A DNA stretch of 64,000 nt. It comes from Antedon mediterranea. Its lineage: Eukaryota; Animalia; Echinodermata. The translations under genes and the position numbers were made by a program. This document shows positions 27,465 through 39,126 of the stretch, piece after piece. The DNA is taken from NCBI RefSeq assembly GCF_964355755.1, contig NC_092677.1, positions 14,406,101 to 14,470,100 on the forward strand, in the 5' to 3' direction. The notes under the pieces were generated by a model that saw only the letters and a program-made list of their open reading frames with translations, searched no databases and was not told the DNA's origin. Position 1 is the stretch's first letter. Each line of letters starts with the position of its first letter.

Positions 27465-27804
27465 AGATGTATTGTTCCCCAAAAACATGAAAAATGAAGA
27501 TTCATTAAATTAGTCTTGGAATAAGTTATTTTGTAGATTTAACAAAGTTAATCGCTTCTGTAGAAAAAAAATACAAACAAAAATATGTTTTTACTATGAA
27601 ATGACAAAATAAATGGTTAAATTCAACAAAAAATCCATTGGTTCAGCCAAATTGACCATTTTCTTGCTTTAAATTTAAGTTTTTCAGGTAATTAATTTTT
27701 TTTTCTAATTTTTGGTCAACGTGGATAACTATTATGTTACATTAAAATGGCATATTCAACAAACAATTGTTCAATAATTATTTATTCAGGGGGACTATAC
27801 TTCT
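27465..27804. mobile_element. Kolobok-like non-autonomous element inserted in the SINE
   Basis: TTAA TSD; ends agatgtattgttcccc / gggggactatacttct; removal restores gggttctTTAAagtgcac. Confidence 0.8.
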
Positions 27805-30691
27805 TTAAAGTGCACATGGACAAACTATGTACACTGGACCTATGGGTTATAGTCCGTATCCAAGAAGACTTGTTCCACCACCAGAACTAAGAGGTCTTGA
27901 ACTCATGCCGATTTTTGGCTCGCTAGGTAAAGCCTGGTTTCCATAAATTCGCTACACGACAGAGCGTAGCCATTCTATGGAAACGCTAGAATTTATCGGG
28001 GATCTAGTACGCGAGCGCTAAATATTGGAGCGGGGTTGGTGAAATCTGTCCATAATAGGTAACTTTTCTGTCCATAATAGGTTACTTTCTGTCCATAATA
28101 GGGACTAGAGGGCGTTGTTGTTTGTCCATAATAGGTGACTTTCATAATTGGCTGTCCAAAATAGGTGACTTTTTGTCCACAATAGGCGAGTTTATTGGAG
28201 TAGTGCGCCATCCATTGTGTTGTCCATAATAGGTGATTTTTTTGGCGTACTCGTACATACGTAGTTTATTTCGCGAGTAGAAGTAATACTAATTTGCTTT
28301 CTGTTCAGACTTCGAGGCTACCTAGGAGGCCTAATTAGTATATAAATATTTAAGTCTTTCTAGCCTAGGCTAGGCCTAGCTAGGCTAGTCCTGTTAGTTA
28401 GGCTACCTCTATAGGCCTACTAGTACTACTAGCCTAGGCCTAGTCCATTTGTTATTGTCCACTAATAATATTGAAATGTGAAATTTATTCAGCAACAAAT
28501 AATTTAATTTGAACTTCATTTTAGGTTTGATAGTACGGACAGACATTACGCAACTTACCATACTATTGCAAGTTTAAATAAATCACCAAATCCACACGTT
28601 CTTTTACAAAAATAAAAAATACCCCATAATACTCTAATAATAATATTGATAAAGTTTTATTTTTTTAAGATAATGAAAATGTAAACTGTTATTTTTATAA
28701 ATGCATTGGTGTTTCAATGTAATTGTTGTATTTTTTTTTCTTTGGACTTATTTTGTTTTGTTAACAGTAATAATAAAAATCAATTTAATATTGAAAAAGA
28801 CATCACAGTTCAGCACTTCATTTCGTCATTTTAGGTCCTCCCCTTCTGGATCCACATAGCTCAATGACAAACCATCCCAGTCTAAAGTGTATCAACAGCA
28901 GCACATCTCATCCATTTATTATATTGTTTAATTAAATGAATCAATTTTAATGTTTAATAATAAGAAATACGACAATAAAGCAAGTTTACATACACGCAGT
29001 GTACAAGCAACACCTTTGTTCTGTATTCAGAACAGTTTATTCAAAATCTAAATCACATTTAAAAAATACTGAATTATATTAATTTTAAAAGTGTAAAAAC
29101 ATGGTTAAACTACAATTTAAAAAATAGCAAGGATAAATAAAATGCACCATAATTATTATGTTTATTACTATAATTATTGATCGATGATTATGATAAAAAA
29201 TAATATGTTGAAGTGATGTACTTTTTCATTTCAGCAGCATACTGTATATGAGCAGAATATCAAACATCTGTATGCCTATAATAAAAAAAAAAGGAAGCAT
29301 TTAAATACTATAATAATGTTTAAGTATTTTATAATGCAAGTAACTTCAATCTTAGTAATGCTGAGACAAATTTTCATGTTGTATGGTGGGAAACAGTATG
29401 GTGGGAAACAGTTATGTTTAAATATTTTATTGCATTTAAAAAAAGATATGTAGGATTGTTTTACTAAATTTAAGTTTATACCAGTTGTTAGAGTCAATTA
29501 TTACCATACTCACTATATGAAAACTGATATTAAATGTTTTAAAGACAAATGCTTTATTGAATTATGAATGCTTTAATAATATAACATTCAATTAAATTTT
29601 GAAATATTTTCTGCATGAATTTGTTAGTGGATTTATCTATTCTTTGTACTGTGATTGTAATGTTTATAATGAATGAAAAAAAAATATCTACTTTTAATTT
29701 CTTAGCAATTCAAATGAATAGAATATTTCAAATCAGAATGTTAAAAATTAATGTTCATGTATTGTCAGTTTTTCTACTACCGTACTGATAAAATTCAGTT
29801 TGTCTCTCTGAAAATGTTTGACTAAATTGTATCCTTCTTTTCCGAAGATTACTTTTGCATACAAATACTTTTTCTAAATAGGCTGCTTCTTGGGATTTTA
29901 CAGTATCTTGGTCATATTGAAAAATGTCCTAAAAGATGTAGGCCTAGTGGGTTGTATGTAAAGTATTATTCTTCAATTGTAGGTTGGGCCTATCTGTTAC
30001 TTACCCTAGTTAATGTGCATGCTACTGTACTATAACATTGATCAGAAGATACACTACACAATCTTTAATACATGCAAAAAATATGGAAAAATTGAGATTT
30101 AAATAGGTGACATAATTAATAACATACAGTAACAATAGCTCTGGCTCTACTATACTGCCAACCTACTAACTGTCCGAACTGTCTGGATAAGACTCATTCA
30201 TTCAAAAAATAATTTAAAAAAAACAAAAATTTAAATAGGTCAATCTAGCAATCTAGATGTCTGTGATTTGAAGACAAACTACCAATAGGTCTAGTAGTAG
30301 ACTAGGCTAGTAGTAGCTGATTTCAGTCTTCAAAGTATAGTAGTGGGCGGTGGTGGCAGTGGTATTACACACTTAAAACTAAAGGTGCAATAAAAGGTGC
30401 AAACCTATAAAAGGGTGCTAATTTGCGCCTTTTTCTCATAAAATGGTGCAGAGTTCATAAAAGGTTTATTTTTGCACCTTTTATATCGAAAAATGCAGAC
30501 AAGTATAAAAAGGTGCAGAACTGCACCGCAAAGGCCCAAGTAGGCCATGGTGACTGTGTGACAAATAAGACCTATTAGATTAATGAACGCTTCTTGATAT
30601 GTTTAACTTAGGGCTTCTAAAAGCTTAAAAGGTGATGATAAGGACAATTTTTTTAGAATGACATTATTGTGGTAAGTTAAAACAAAAATAA

Positions 30692-31756
30692 GGCCCTGTT
30701 CAGACCCATGGCGTTAGACCGTTTTAGCGTACGACGCTAAAAGAATGTGTGTCTGAACAGTTGGGGATTAGCGTACAACGCGTCGTACAACGATTGTAGC
30801 GTTGTAGTGGAAAACGGTTGATAGGACCGTTTTAGCGTACGACGCTACTGTAAGTCAACGTTGTATCCAATCAGAACGTTTCCTGTTATGACGCGAAACA
30901 AGGTTTGACCTAGGCTGACATCTTGTATCGTCAATGTGTGAGATGGATTTCAATAACAAAAAGGCCAGAATAAATAAGGCCTAACTACAAATACAACTGT
31001 TACAAAGGCTACAAACTATTATCAACTGATTACCATTATATTTTCTAACAAATGACATAAATACATGCACCTTGTATTTAAACATAGGGACTATGATCCC
31101 ATCCGCTTTTAGGCCTAGCTAGGCCTAGGGCCATTCACGCATTTCATTCAAGCTAAAAACTAGCGTGGGACATCAAGTCACTCATTCATACAAGGCAGAC
31201 TAGACTGGACAAGTTTAATGCTGAAAACCCCCTAACTCCTAAAAAAATCAGTAAACAAACAAGGGGAGCTGTGTCCCTTTTATTAGCAAGTTAAGGGTTA
31301 TTTTACACCGACTGGACCAAAGAATATATATCTGACTGGACTGGATAGCATAATCATTTTTTTCTTCATCATTACGAGGCCTGCTTTATTTTCGTAACAC
31401 AAGAGCCTGGGGAAAATGTTTTTTACTACAAAATAAAAACAATAGAAACAGAAATTTGGCTTTACTATATTTTTCTTAAATAAATGCTGAGGTATGTTTT
31501 ATTTACGGCAAATTTTGTCATAATTGTAGGGCTGAGATCTAGGCCTATATACAGTGGAAATAATGATGAAAACACGTGGGTAAGAGCACATAAATATGCA
31601 ACTACTAGAAACAACCTGGATGACGTACTTCCGTTGTAACGATAATCGTACGCTATGGGTCTGAACACCTCGTTTTTTTCTCTGCGGTTTGTAACGTGAC
31701 CTTGATAGTAACGTTGTACGCTAAAACGGTCTAACGCCATGGGTCTGAACAGGGCC
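30692..31756. mobile_element. Young PIF/Harbinger-like non-autonomous element (1065 bp)
   Basis: Perfect 41-bp TIR ggccctgttcagacccatggcgttagaccgttttagcgtac; TAA TSD (30689-91, 31757-59). Confidence 0.9.
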
Positions 31757-32369
31757 TAAGAAAGATTAATAATAATATAGATAGGTTTGTGGGGACAGCT
31801 ATCGGAATTCGAACAAATATTTTTTTTTACGGAACATTAGAAAGTCGCTGGCTTGTAACTGAAAATTAAAGTTTAATACCTTTAACATGATAAATTCAAA
31901 GGTTCAACTGGGCACCCTATAAGGTTTAACATCAGTTAAAAGGTGCATAATAGCACCTTTTTGTACAATTTTTGTACAATTTTCGTAACGTATGCGCACG
32001 CAAGATGTCTGTAAACAATTGTTAAAATATTGAATTTCAGAGGTTATTTACTCTGGTTTGCTTAAGTCTAGAATAAGTAAACTTCTCTTTCATATTTAAA
32101 AATATTATTAGAATATCTAATATCATAATGTAGGCATCTGTTCTAAATTTATTTGAAACAGGAATTGAACAATAATTTTAAGCGCGTGCGGTTGTTAAAC
32201 ATGCAGTTTGAATTGAGGAGTTTGCGCCCAAAAAATCAGGCTATAAAATTAAACAGGCCTAGCTCCCACACCTCTCCAGTGTAGGATAGCTGTTAAAAGT
32301 ACGGTAAGTAACGAAGCTTTATAGGCATGTAGTTTGGTTGTTTTTATTAGATTAATTATTGTATAGGCT

Positions 32370-32805
32370 TATAAGCCTAGGCTAAGGCCTAAAACTTAAA
32401 AATGATAGCTAAATAAATAAATAATAAGGCTAGCTAGAGGCCTCCTACCTAGGCCTAGCCTATCTAGGCGGCCTCTAGGCCTACTAGGCCTAGGCTAGGT
32501 TAAGCCTAAAGTAGGCAGTCTAGAGGCCTACTTAGCCTACAGTAGCCTTTCGGGCGGGGGCTAGTCCTAGACCAGGCCTAGCCTACTTACCTGGGTCTAG
32601 CTAGTAGGTTAGGCATAATAGGCTAGCTATGCCTAGCTAGGTTACTACTAGGTAGGCCTAGACCTTAAACTTAATTAAAAGCCGTCCTAGGCCTAGCTAG
32701 CCGGCTAGGCCTATAATCAATAATAGGCCTAGCTAGGCAGGCTAGGGGCCTAGTTATTAATATTAGTTATTACAGTAGCTGGGTATTATTAGGCCTAGGC
32801 CTATA
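32370..32805. repeat. TAGGCC/TAGC-rich low-complexity tract
   Basis: Dense overlapping taggccta, ctag and taggcta words. Confidence 0.75.
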
Positions 32806-34151
32806 TTAAATTCTTATACACATTATTTTTAATTATAGTACAGCCTACATGATGTCATGGAGGGATAAAATAAGTTTAAAACATGAAAGAGCACCTCTGC
32901 TCTAATCAGCAGCAATAAAGATGTTCAGAAAAGGAGAAAGAAATGTGACCACATGCACTGTAATACTCTAGTATATAGGGCCTACTATACTACGAGCTGA
33001 GGATCGGAAAGGGAGAGGAACATACTTTAAAGTATGTGAAGCATGTGGTCAAGGTAATTTGACTTTAAAAATCAGAACAATGTCAATAATGTATTGTATG
33101 ATGTTGTCATATTAATGATAATATTAATATAATAGTTTCCCTTCCTATTTCATGCTTTTTAGGAAAGTACATAATCAGGTGAAAATGTTCGGAAAAGGTG
33201 AACCAGACATCAAGAACACTGTTTCAGATATATGGGGATAAGAAGAGAATACTGCCAAAGATGTCATCATTAGATAATTTTAACAATAGGCCTATTGTTG
33301 GTTTGAGAAGAGATGGCCACACTCTATTTAAGGTGCAGAGACTGGTAATTGCCATCTATTAATTCAGCAGTTGAATTGAATAATGTAATGTTTTAAAGTT
33401 GAATAAAATTATACCAAGCTTAATCAATATTTTTTGTATTTTAGTGATTTTTATTTGTGTACTTTTTAAACAGAAATTTGAATCTTAGAGGAGCATTATT
33501 GAACCTTTTATTAGGGTGTAAAGTTGCACCTTTATTTAGAGGTTGAATTTTGCTCCTTTGGGGAGCTGCTATTGTTGCATTTAGTTTGCACCTTTTAGGG
33601 TAGAAAATTACACCTTATATGGTGCAAATGTGAACTCCAAAGGAGCATTATAGCACCCTTTATCAGGGTTCAAAATTGCACCTTCCGTCAAAGGGGCAGT
33701 TGTGCACCTTAAAGGGAGCTGCTATTGTTGCATCGGTTTGCACCTTTTTAGGTAGAGATTTGCACCTTTTTTTTTTTTGTGTGTATAGTAAAAGACTGTA
33801 TAGTGACTAGTCCGCCAGACCTGACCTGCAGTTAGGCAGTATAGTTACGAGTAGGCCTAGGCCCTAGTCTGTAAAATAGTCATATTAAAAAAATAAAATA
33901 ATAAAAAAACAGATAATGAGGATAGGCCTAGTTGTTTGTAGTAGGAAACCTATCTACCTAATATGAGCCCATGTCATTTGTATTCCTCCCCTGCTGTAAG
34001 GTAGGCCTAGAAAAAAAAAGCTCACTTTTCATTAGTGGACAATAACAAATGGACTCCAGCTAAGCTAGTAGGCCTAGTAGTACTAGGCCTATTAAACATA
34101 TAGGAATAACACTTAAATGTATAACACACCCTATTACTAATAATAAAAACC

Positions 34152-35450
34152 AAGATTCGATAGTACAGTGTAAACGAGATATAAAAATTCGGCAATACCG
34201 TACGTAACTTATTATTGCAATACTGTATAAAGATTCGATGTAAATGAGATATAAAGATTCGGCAATACCGTACGTAAATTAATGCAATACTGTAAAGATT
34301 CGATGTAAATTAATGAGATATAAATATTCGGCAATACCGTACGTAACTTATTATTGCAATACTGTATAAAGATTCGATGTAAATGAGATATAAAGATTCG
34401 GCAATACCGTACGTAAATTATTAATGCAATACTGTAAAGATTCGATGTAAATGAGATATAAATATTCGGCAATACCGTACGTAAATTATTATTGCAATAC
34501 TGTATAAAGATTCGATGTAAATGAGATATAAAGATTCAGCAATACCGTACATGAATTATTAATGCAATACTGTATAAAGATTTGATGTAAATTAGATATA
34601 AATATTCGGCAATACCGTACGTAAATTATTATTGCAATACTGTATAAAGATTTGATGTAAATGAGATATAAAGATTCGGCAATACCGTACGTAAATTATT
34701 AATGCAATACTGTAAAGATTCGATGTAAATGAGATATAAATATTCGGCAATACCGTACGTAAATTATTATTGCAATACTGTATAAAGATTCGATGTAAAT
34801 GAGATATAAAGATTCGGCAATACCGTACATGAATTATTAATGCAATACTGTATAAAGATTTGATGTAAATTAGATATAAATATTCGGCAATACCGTACGT
34901 AAATTATTATTGCAATACTGTATAAAGATTTGATGTAAATGAGATATAAAGATTCGGCAATACCGTACGTAAATTATTAATGCAGTACTGTAAAAAGATT
35001 CGATAGTATGTAAATGAGATATAAATATTCGGCAAAACCGTACGTAAATTATTAATGCAATACTGTATAAAGACTCGATAGTATGTAAATGAGATATAAA
35101 GATTCGGCAATACCTTAATAGTACGTAAATTATTATTGCAATACTGTAAAAAGATTCTATGAGATACAAGGATTCAGCAATACCGTACGTAAATTATTAA
35201 TGCAATACTGTATAAGGATTCGATAGTAAATGAGATATAAATGTTCGGCAATACCGTACGTAAATTATTATATTGCAATACTGTAAAAAGATTCGATAGT
35301 ATGTAAATGAGATATAAAGATTCGGCAATACCGTACGTAAATTATTATTGCAATACTGTATGAAGATTCGATAGTATGTAAATGAGATATAAATATTCGC
35401 CAATACCGTACGTAAATTATTAATGCAATACTGTATAAAGATTCGATAGG
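34152..35450. repeat. Satellite, ~68-74-bp unit x~18
   Basis: Unit aagattcgatgtaaatgagatataaagattcggcaataccgtacgtaaattattaatgcaatactgtat; ggcaataccg at 34191, 34261, 34330, 34400, 34468 and onward. Confidence 0.95.
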
Positions 35451-36538
35451 AGAGTGCTCAAGAAACGTCGGGTCAAGAGGATAAAATAAACAAATAAATA
35501 AATAGTACGTAATAAATGAGACATAGAGGTTCAATAGTATGTAGATTATGATGCAAACGTAAATTATTAATGATTCGATAATATATAATGTAAATATATT
35601 TAGTTAGTTATTAATATTAAAATACAAATAAAATATACATTAATTTATCCGCAGGCAAACTTAATTATTATAGAAATATAAAGATTCGATAGTACATGAT
35701 TTGGCTTATATTTATTGGTTTGACCATACACACAGCTGTAACTCAACTCACCATAGGCCATGGCGTTGACAACGACAATCAAAGATTAAAGCGCACATGG
35801 CGTTCCATACAAATGACGATATTAAACTGGCGGCCGCTTTGGTTGGCGGCCGCTTCGACCATACTCCGACTGGGATAGCCTAACTAAAACAGGATTAGCC
35901 TAGGCTAGGCCTAGAGGCTAGAGAGACTTAAATAATTATACTAATTAGGCCTAGGCCTCCTACTAGCTAGGCCTAGGTAGCCTCGAAGTCTGAAGAGAAA
36001 GCAAATTAGTATTAACTAATAATACTACTGTATTACTTCTACTCGCGAAATAAACTACGTATGTACGTCGAGTACCCAACAAAATCACCTATTATGGACA
36101 AAACAATGGATGGCGCACTACTCCAATAAACTCGCCTATTGTGGACAAAAAGTCGCCTATTTTGGACAGCCAATTATGAAAGTCACCTATTATGGACAAA
36201 CAACAGCGCCCTCTAGTCCCTATTATGGACAGAAAGTCCCCTATTATGGACAGAAAAGTAACCTATTATGGACAGATTTCACCAACCCTATTGAAATATC
36301 TTTAGTACGCGTATACGATTCATCGCCGACAAAATCGGCAAAGTTGAACATGGTTGAACTTTCCGCCGATTTGACTGCGATGAATCGGGGGAGACCTCCC
36401 CGATGCGCGTCGGCGACATCTGCGCGTGTAGCGATTTTAATGGAAACCAGGCTTAACCACCTACCGTAACCACTCGGCCATTTGACTCGCTTGATAGAGG
36501 GCGCATTTTTGTTTATTTGTGTGAGGAGAACATTCGTC

Positions 36539-36568
36539 TATGGAGGTATAACAATTTATACCTCCATG
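36539..36568. mobile_element. 30-bp hairpin micro-insertion with ~7-bp TSD
   Basis: attcgtc-TATGGAGGTATAACAATTTATACCTCCATG-gttcgtc; shares the TACCTCCATG end with 18218-18243. Confidence 0.55.
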
Positions 36569-37291
36569 GTTCGTCTAGCTAGTGGCGTTATGGCCGAGTG
36601 TTAAATTTGGGGTTTTTTCTTCTCTGTTAATAATAATACAGATTTCTTATTTCTTGCTTATATCTTTGTTATAATCATTCTTCAAGAAGTTTGTTATGTT
36701 ATTGGCTAACGTTAGTATTTCAAGTTAGCTGGTGATTAATTGATTTGTTCATTATGGTTGCTTTTTTGTTTTTAAGTAAATGGTGTTAGAATTGTGTTTG
36801 ATTTTGGTTGCGTTGGATTGGATTTGTTTTTTCTGTTTTAGAAGTGAAAATTTGAAACTTTCAGTTTTCAAAAATGAATAATAATTGTACTAATCCTATG
36901 ATAATATTAAAGGCAATATACTAAAACAATGCAGTATATATTATAATCAAAGATTAGATCTCAATAAAAAAATTGAAATGCTAAATCATCATGTAAAATA
37001 AAGATAAGATAAGCACGGAAAATAGTCATTTCACTATTATAAAATATGCAATTATTGTTTTCACTGCTGATGTATCATTTATAATTGTTGGTTTGAATGT
37101 ACATGGTATCCACAATCCCACAATCCAAAGAACTAACCCGTATGCAAACCATTTGTTAAACAATTGTCATGGCGTATACTTTAATGAGATAAAGATAATA
37201 GAGAAGAACAACTATGGCATTCGTGAACTTCCGGTAGCAAGTAAATAAACAAAATAGTAGGCCTACATTGGCGTTTAATTGTGCATCATTG

Positions 37292-38662
37292 TTATGATGT
37301 ATGCAACCTACTTGTTGAATTTCCATGGCGTTGGACATGCACATCATTAAGAAACATAAGGGATTTGTCAATTGTAGGAATCTGGAATACAAATTCATTG
37401 TCTAATTCGAGTCGTCCCATTGATTTATACAGATCATGTGACTTGGCAGAATCTGGAACTAAAGACGATGCCAGATTGGTAAAACGCGGGTCTTTTGCAG
37501 GGTTTAGTTGAGATACTGCTTCCTTCGTTGCCCGATTACGTAAAATAGCATTTCTGGAGACTGGTCTAGGTGTTAGTCCCTTTTCTTTTGTTTTCTTCAA
37601 TGCTATGAGCTGTGATATTATTGTTTTTGTCGTCCGTGATTCGCTTCTGGTGTTTAGTAATTCCGCATCTGGTTCGGTTTTTTTCGGGGTATCCACTCGA
37701 ATTCCATTTGATATATTATTTTTTTTATTTGTCTTTGAATTGCCTTTATTTTGTTCTCGAGATACTTTCAGAGATGAGTTATGATTGATATAATTGTCAT
37801 CCCACTCTGTATCAGAATTACATTCAATAGAGAAGTCATTTATCGAGTCATCTGTATTATCGGTACAAGAAAATTCAATTTTTGGAACGGGAATATGCTG
37901 AATTCTGTTTACACTTTCCTTTGATACAACGTTCTTTGGTTCAACATGTTTTCGCACAAAATGAGATTTTCCGTTTTCCGTTTTTCTGGATTTGTATTGA
38001 TAGCCGTTTACACCGTTTGCTAATGTTGTGACGTCATCTTGTAGCCGTGGATCCGGGTTACCTGCAATAAAACGAGTTACTTCAGCAACCTCGGGATCAA
38101 TTGGTTCTTTCTTTTCACATTTTAAAGGACTCATGTAATGTGGAATAGTTCTGCTCTTTCCATTTACGTTTTGAATTTTACTTTTTGTAACTTCGCTAGG
38201 CTTACTACTTTCACATTCATCCTCTTGTAGTTTAGCTAGTTGACGCTGAGCAAAGCCTCTTTTCTTCTGCATCATAAACTTACGTTTCTGCTCTTTCTGT
38301 CCGTCAATGCCTTCGTAGCTTCTCGAAAGTCGCCTACTTTCGTAATCATTTGATACTAAAATGCATTTTCCAACGGCGCTACTTTTTGTGTTCTCCGCCG
38401 TCATCCTACCTTTGTTACGATCCATAATAATTCTTCTTGTCGTAGGCCTAGCATCTTTAACGCTAACAGTGACATCAGACTCTGATATCTGTTTATTGGT
38501 TATACGCAGTGTTACATTACCTATTTTTGAAAGTCTTAATTTCTTTGCTATTGATATTGCCGTTTGTTTGTCTATGTACTTTGCCTCTGGTTCGTAGGCG
38601 GGTTGTTTCAACGTCGATGGCTTTTTAGTTTTACTTGGACTTAAATATGAATTAAGATTCAT
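37292..38662 (-). CDS. Uncharacterised 456-aa Lys/Ser/Asn-rich protein, single coding exon
   Basis: 1371-bp uninterrupted non-repetitive ORF in AT-rich DNA; candidate splice acceptor ~80 nt upstream of ATG (near 38743); no domain recognised. Confidence 0.75.
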   Translation of the reverse strand: MNLNSYLSPSKTKKPSTLKQPAYEPEAKYIDKQTAISIAKKLRLSKIGNVTLRITNKQISESDVTVSVKDARPTTRRIIMDRNKGRMTAENTKSSAVGKCILVSNDYESRRLSRSYEGIDGQKEQKRKFMMQKKRGFAQRQLAKLQEDECESSKPSEVTKSKIQNVNGKSRTIPHYMSPLKCEKKEPIDPEVAEVTRFIAGNPDPRLQDDVTTLANGVNGYQYKSRKTENGKSHFVRKHVEPKNVVSKESVNRIQHIPVPKIEFSCTDNTDDSINDFSIECNSDTEWDDNYINHNSSLKVSREQNKGNSKTNKKNNISNGIRVDTPKKTEPDAELLNTRSESRTTKTIISQLIALKKTKEKGLTPRPVSRNAILRNRATKEAVSQLNPAKDPRFTNLASSLVPDSAKSHDLYKSMGRLELDNEFVFQIPTIDKSLMFLNDVHVQRHGNSTSRLHTS

Positions 38663-38968
38663 GTCTATTTTGAATTTGCTGTATATTCAGTCACGCTTAG
38701 TATGGCCGTGCTTATCGGTATTTATTGATCGATTCACAATATCTAAATGAGGAGAACAAAAAATATATAATAATATTATTTTTCCGTAAATATATTCTGG
38801 TTAAGTTTTAGTTTAAAATTGTTTATGATGCAATATACGTGTTGTAAGAAGCGGGAACTAACTATTTTATAAAACTCATAGGCAGTATAAAACAATAATT
38901 TGAGTGTAATAGTTTTTAGCGTAACGTTAATAATTACGCATAACAAAATCAAACTATCATTTAAGTTT

Positions 38969-39126
38969 AGCCTTGTCTACACTATCAAACGTTATGTGAC
39001 AAAAATGTGATGTGCCCAATATGGACATGATGATGTCATATCACTATTACATTTTTGCATATCACTACCATATTTGGGCACATTTTTTTTGTCAAACTAC
39101 AGTAGTTTGATAGTGTAGATAGAGCT
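38969..39126. mobile_element. MITE, full copy (agctctgtctacactatcaaac family)
   Basis: TIR agccttgtctacactatcaaac / gtttgatagtgtagatagagct. Confidence 0.75.

Larger units (their letters stand above)
30368..33783. mobile_element. CACTA/EnSpm-like non-autonomous element
   Basis: TA-CACAC...GTGTG-TA termini; many subterminal aaaggtgca / tgcaccttt motifs at both ends. Confidence 0.7.
28014..36302. mobile_element. Non-autonomous long-TIR DNA transposon, Mutator/MULE-like
   Basis: Direct repeat tagtacgcg at 28005-13 and 36303-11; ~370-400-bp inverted repeats (28033-28405 vs 35877-36288) carrying tandem tgtccataatagg motifs; no transposase ORF seen. Confidence 0.75.
27931..36453. mobile_element. 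PIF/Harbinger-like MITE (~225 bp when emptied) hosting an 8.3-kb insertion
   Basis: TAA TSD (27928-30, 36454-56); TIR agcctggtttccat / atggaaaccaggct. Confidence 0.8.
27400..36490 (-). mobile_element. Deu/Nin-type tRNA SINE split by nested insertions (pieces ~27400-27464, 27809-27930, 36457-36490)
   Basis: Rejoined pieces match the reverse complement of the SINE at 48860-48975 (gtgcactttaaagaacc...ccccggtg); the A-box tggccgagtggtta lies at 36465-36480 on the minus strand. Confidence 0.65.

Noticed and set aside
34152-35450. CRISPR-like array
   Set aside because: Units are contiguous near-identical monomers with no unique spacers, no cas genes, and the context is eukaryotic; it is a satellite.
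27993-36469. Twin ORFs MAHYSNKLAYCGQKV... (27993..28211 minus, 36110..36469 plus)
   Set aside because: Mirror translations of the repeat-containing TIRs; no protein signature.
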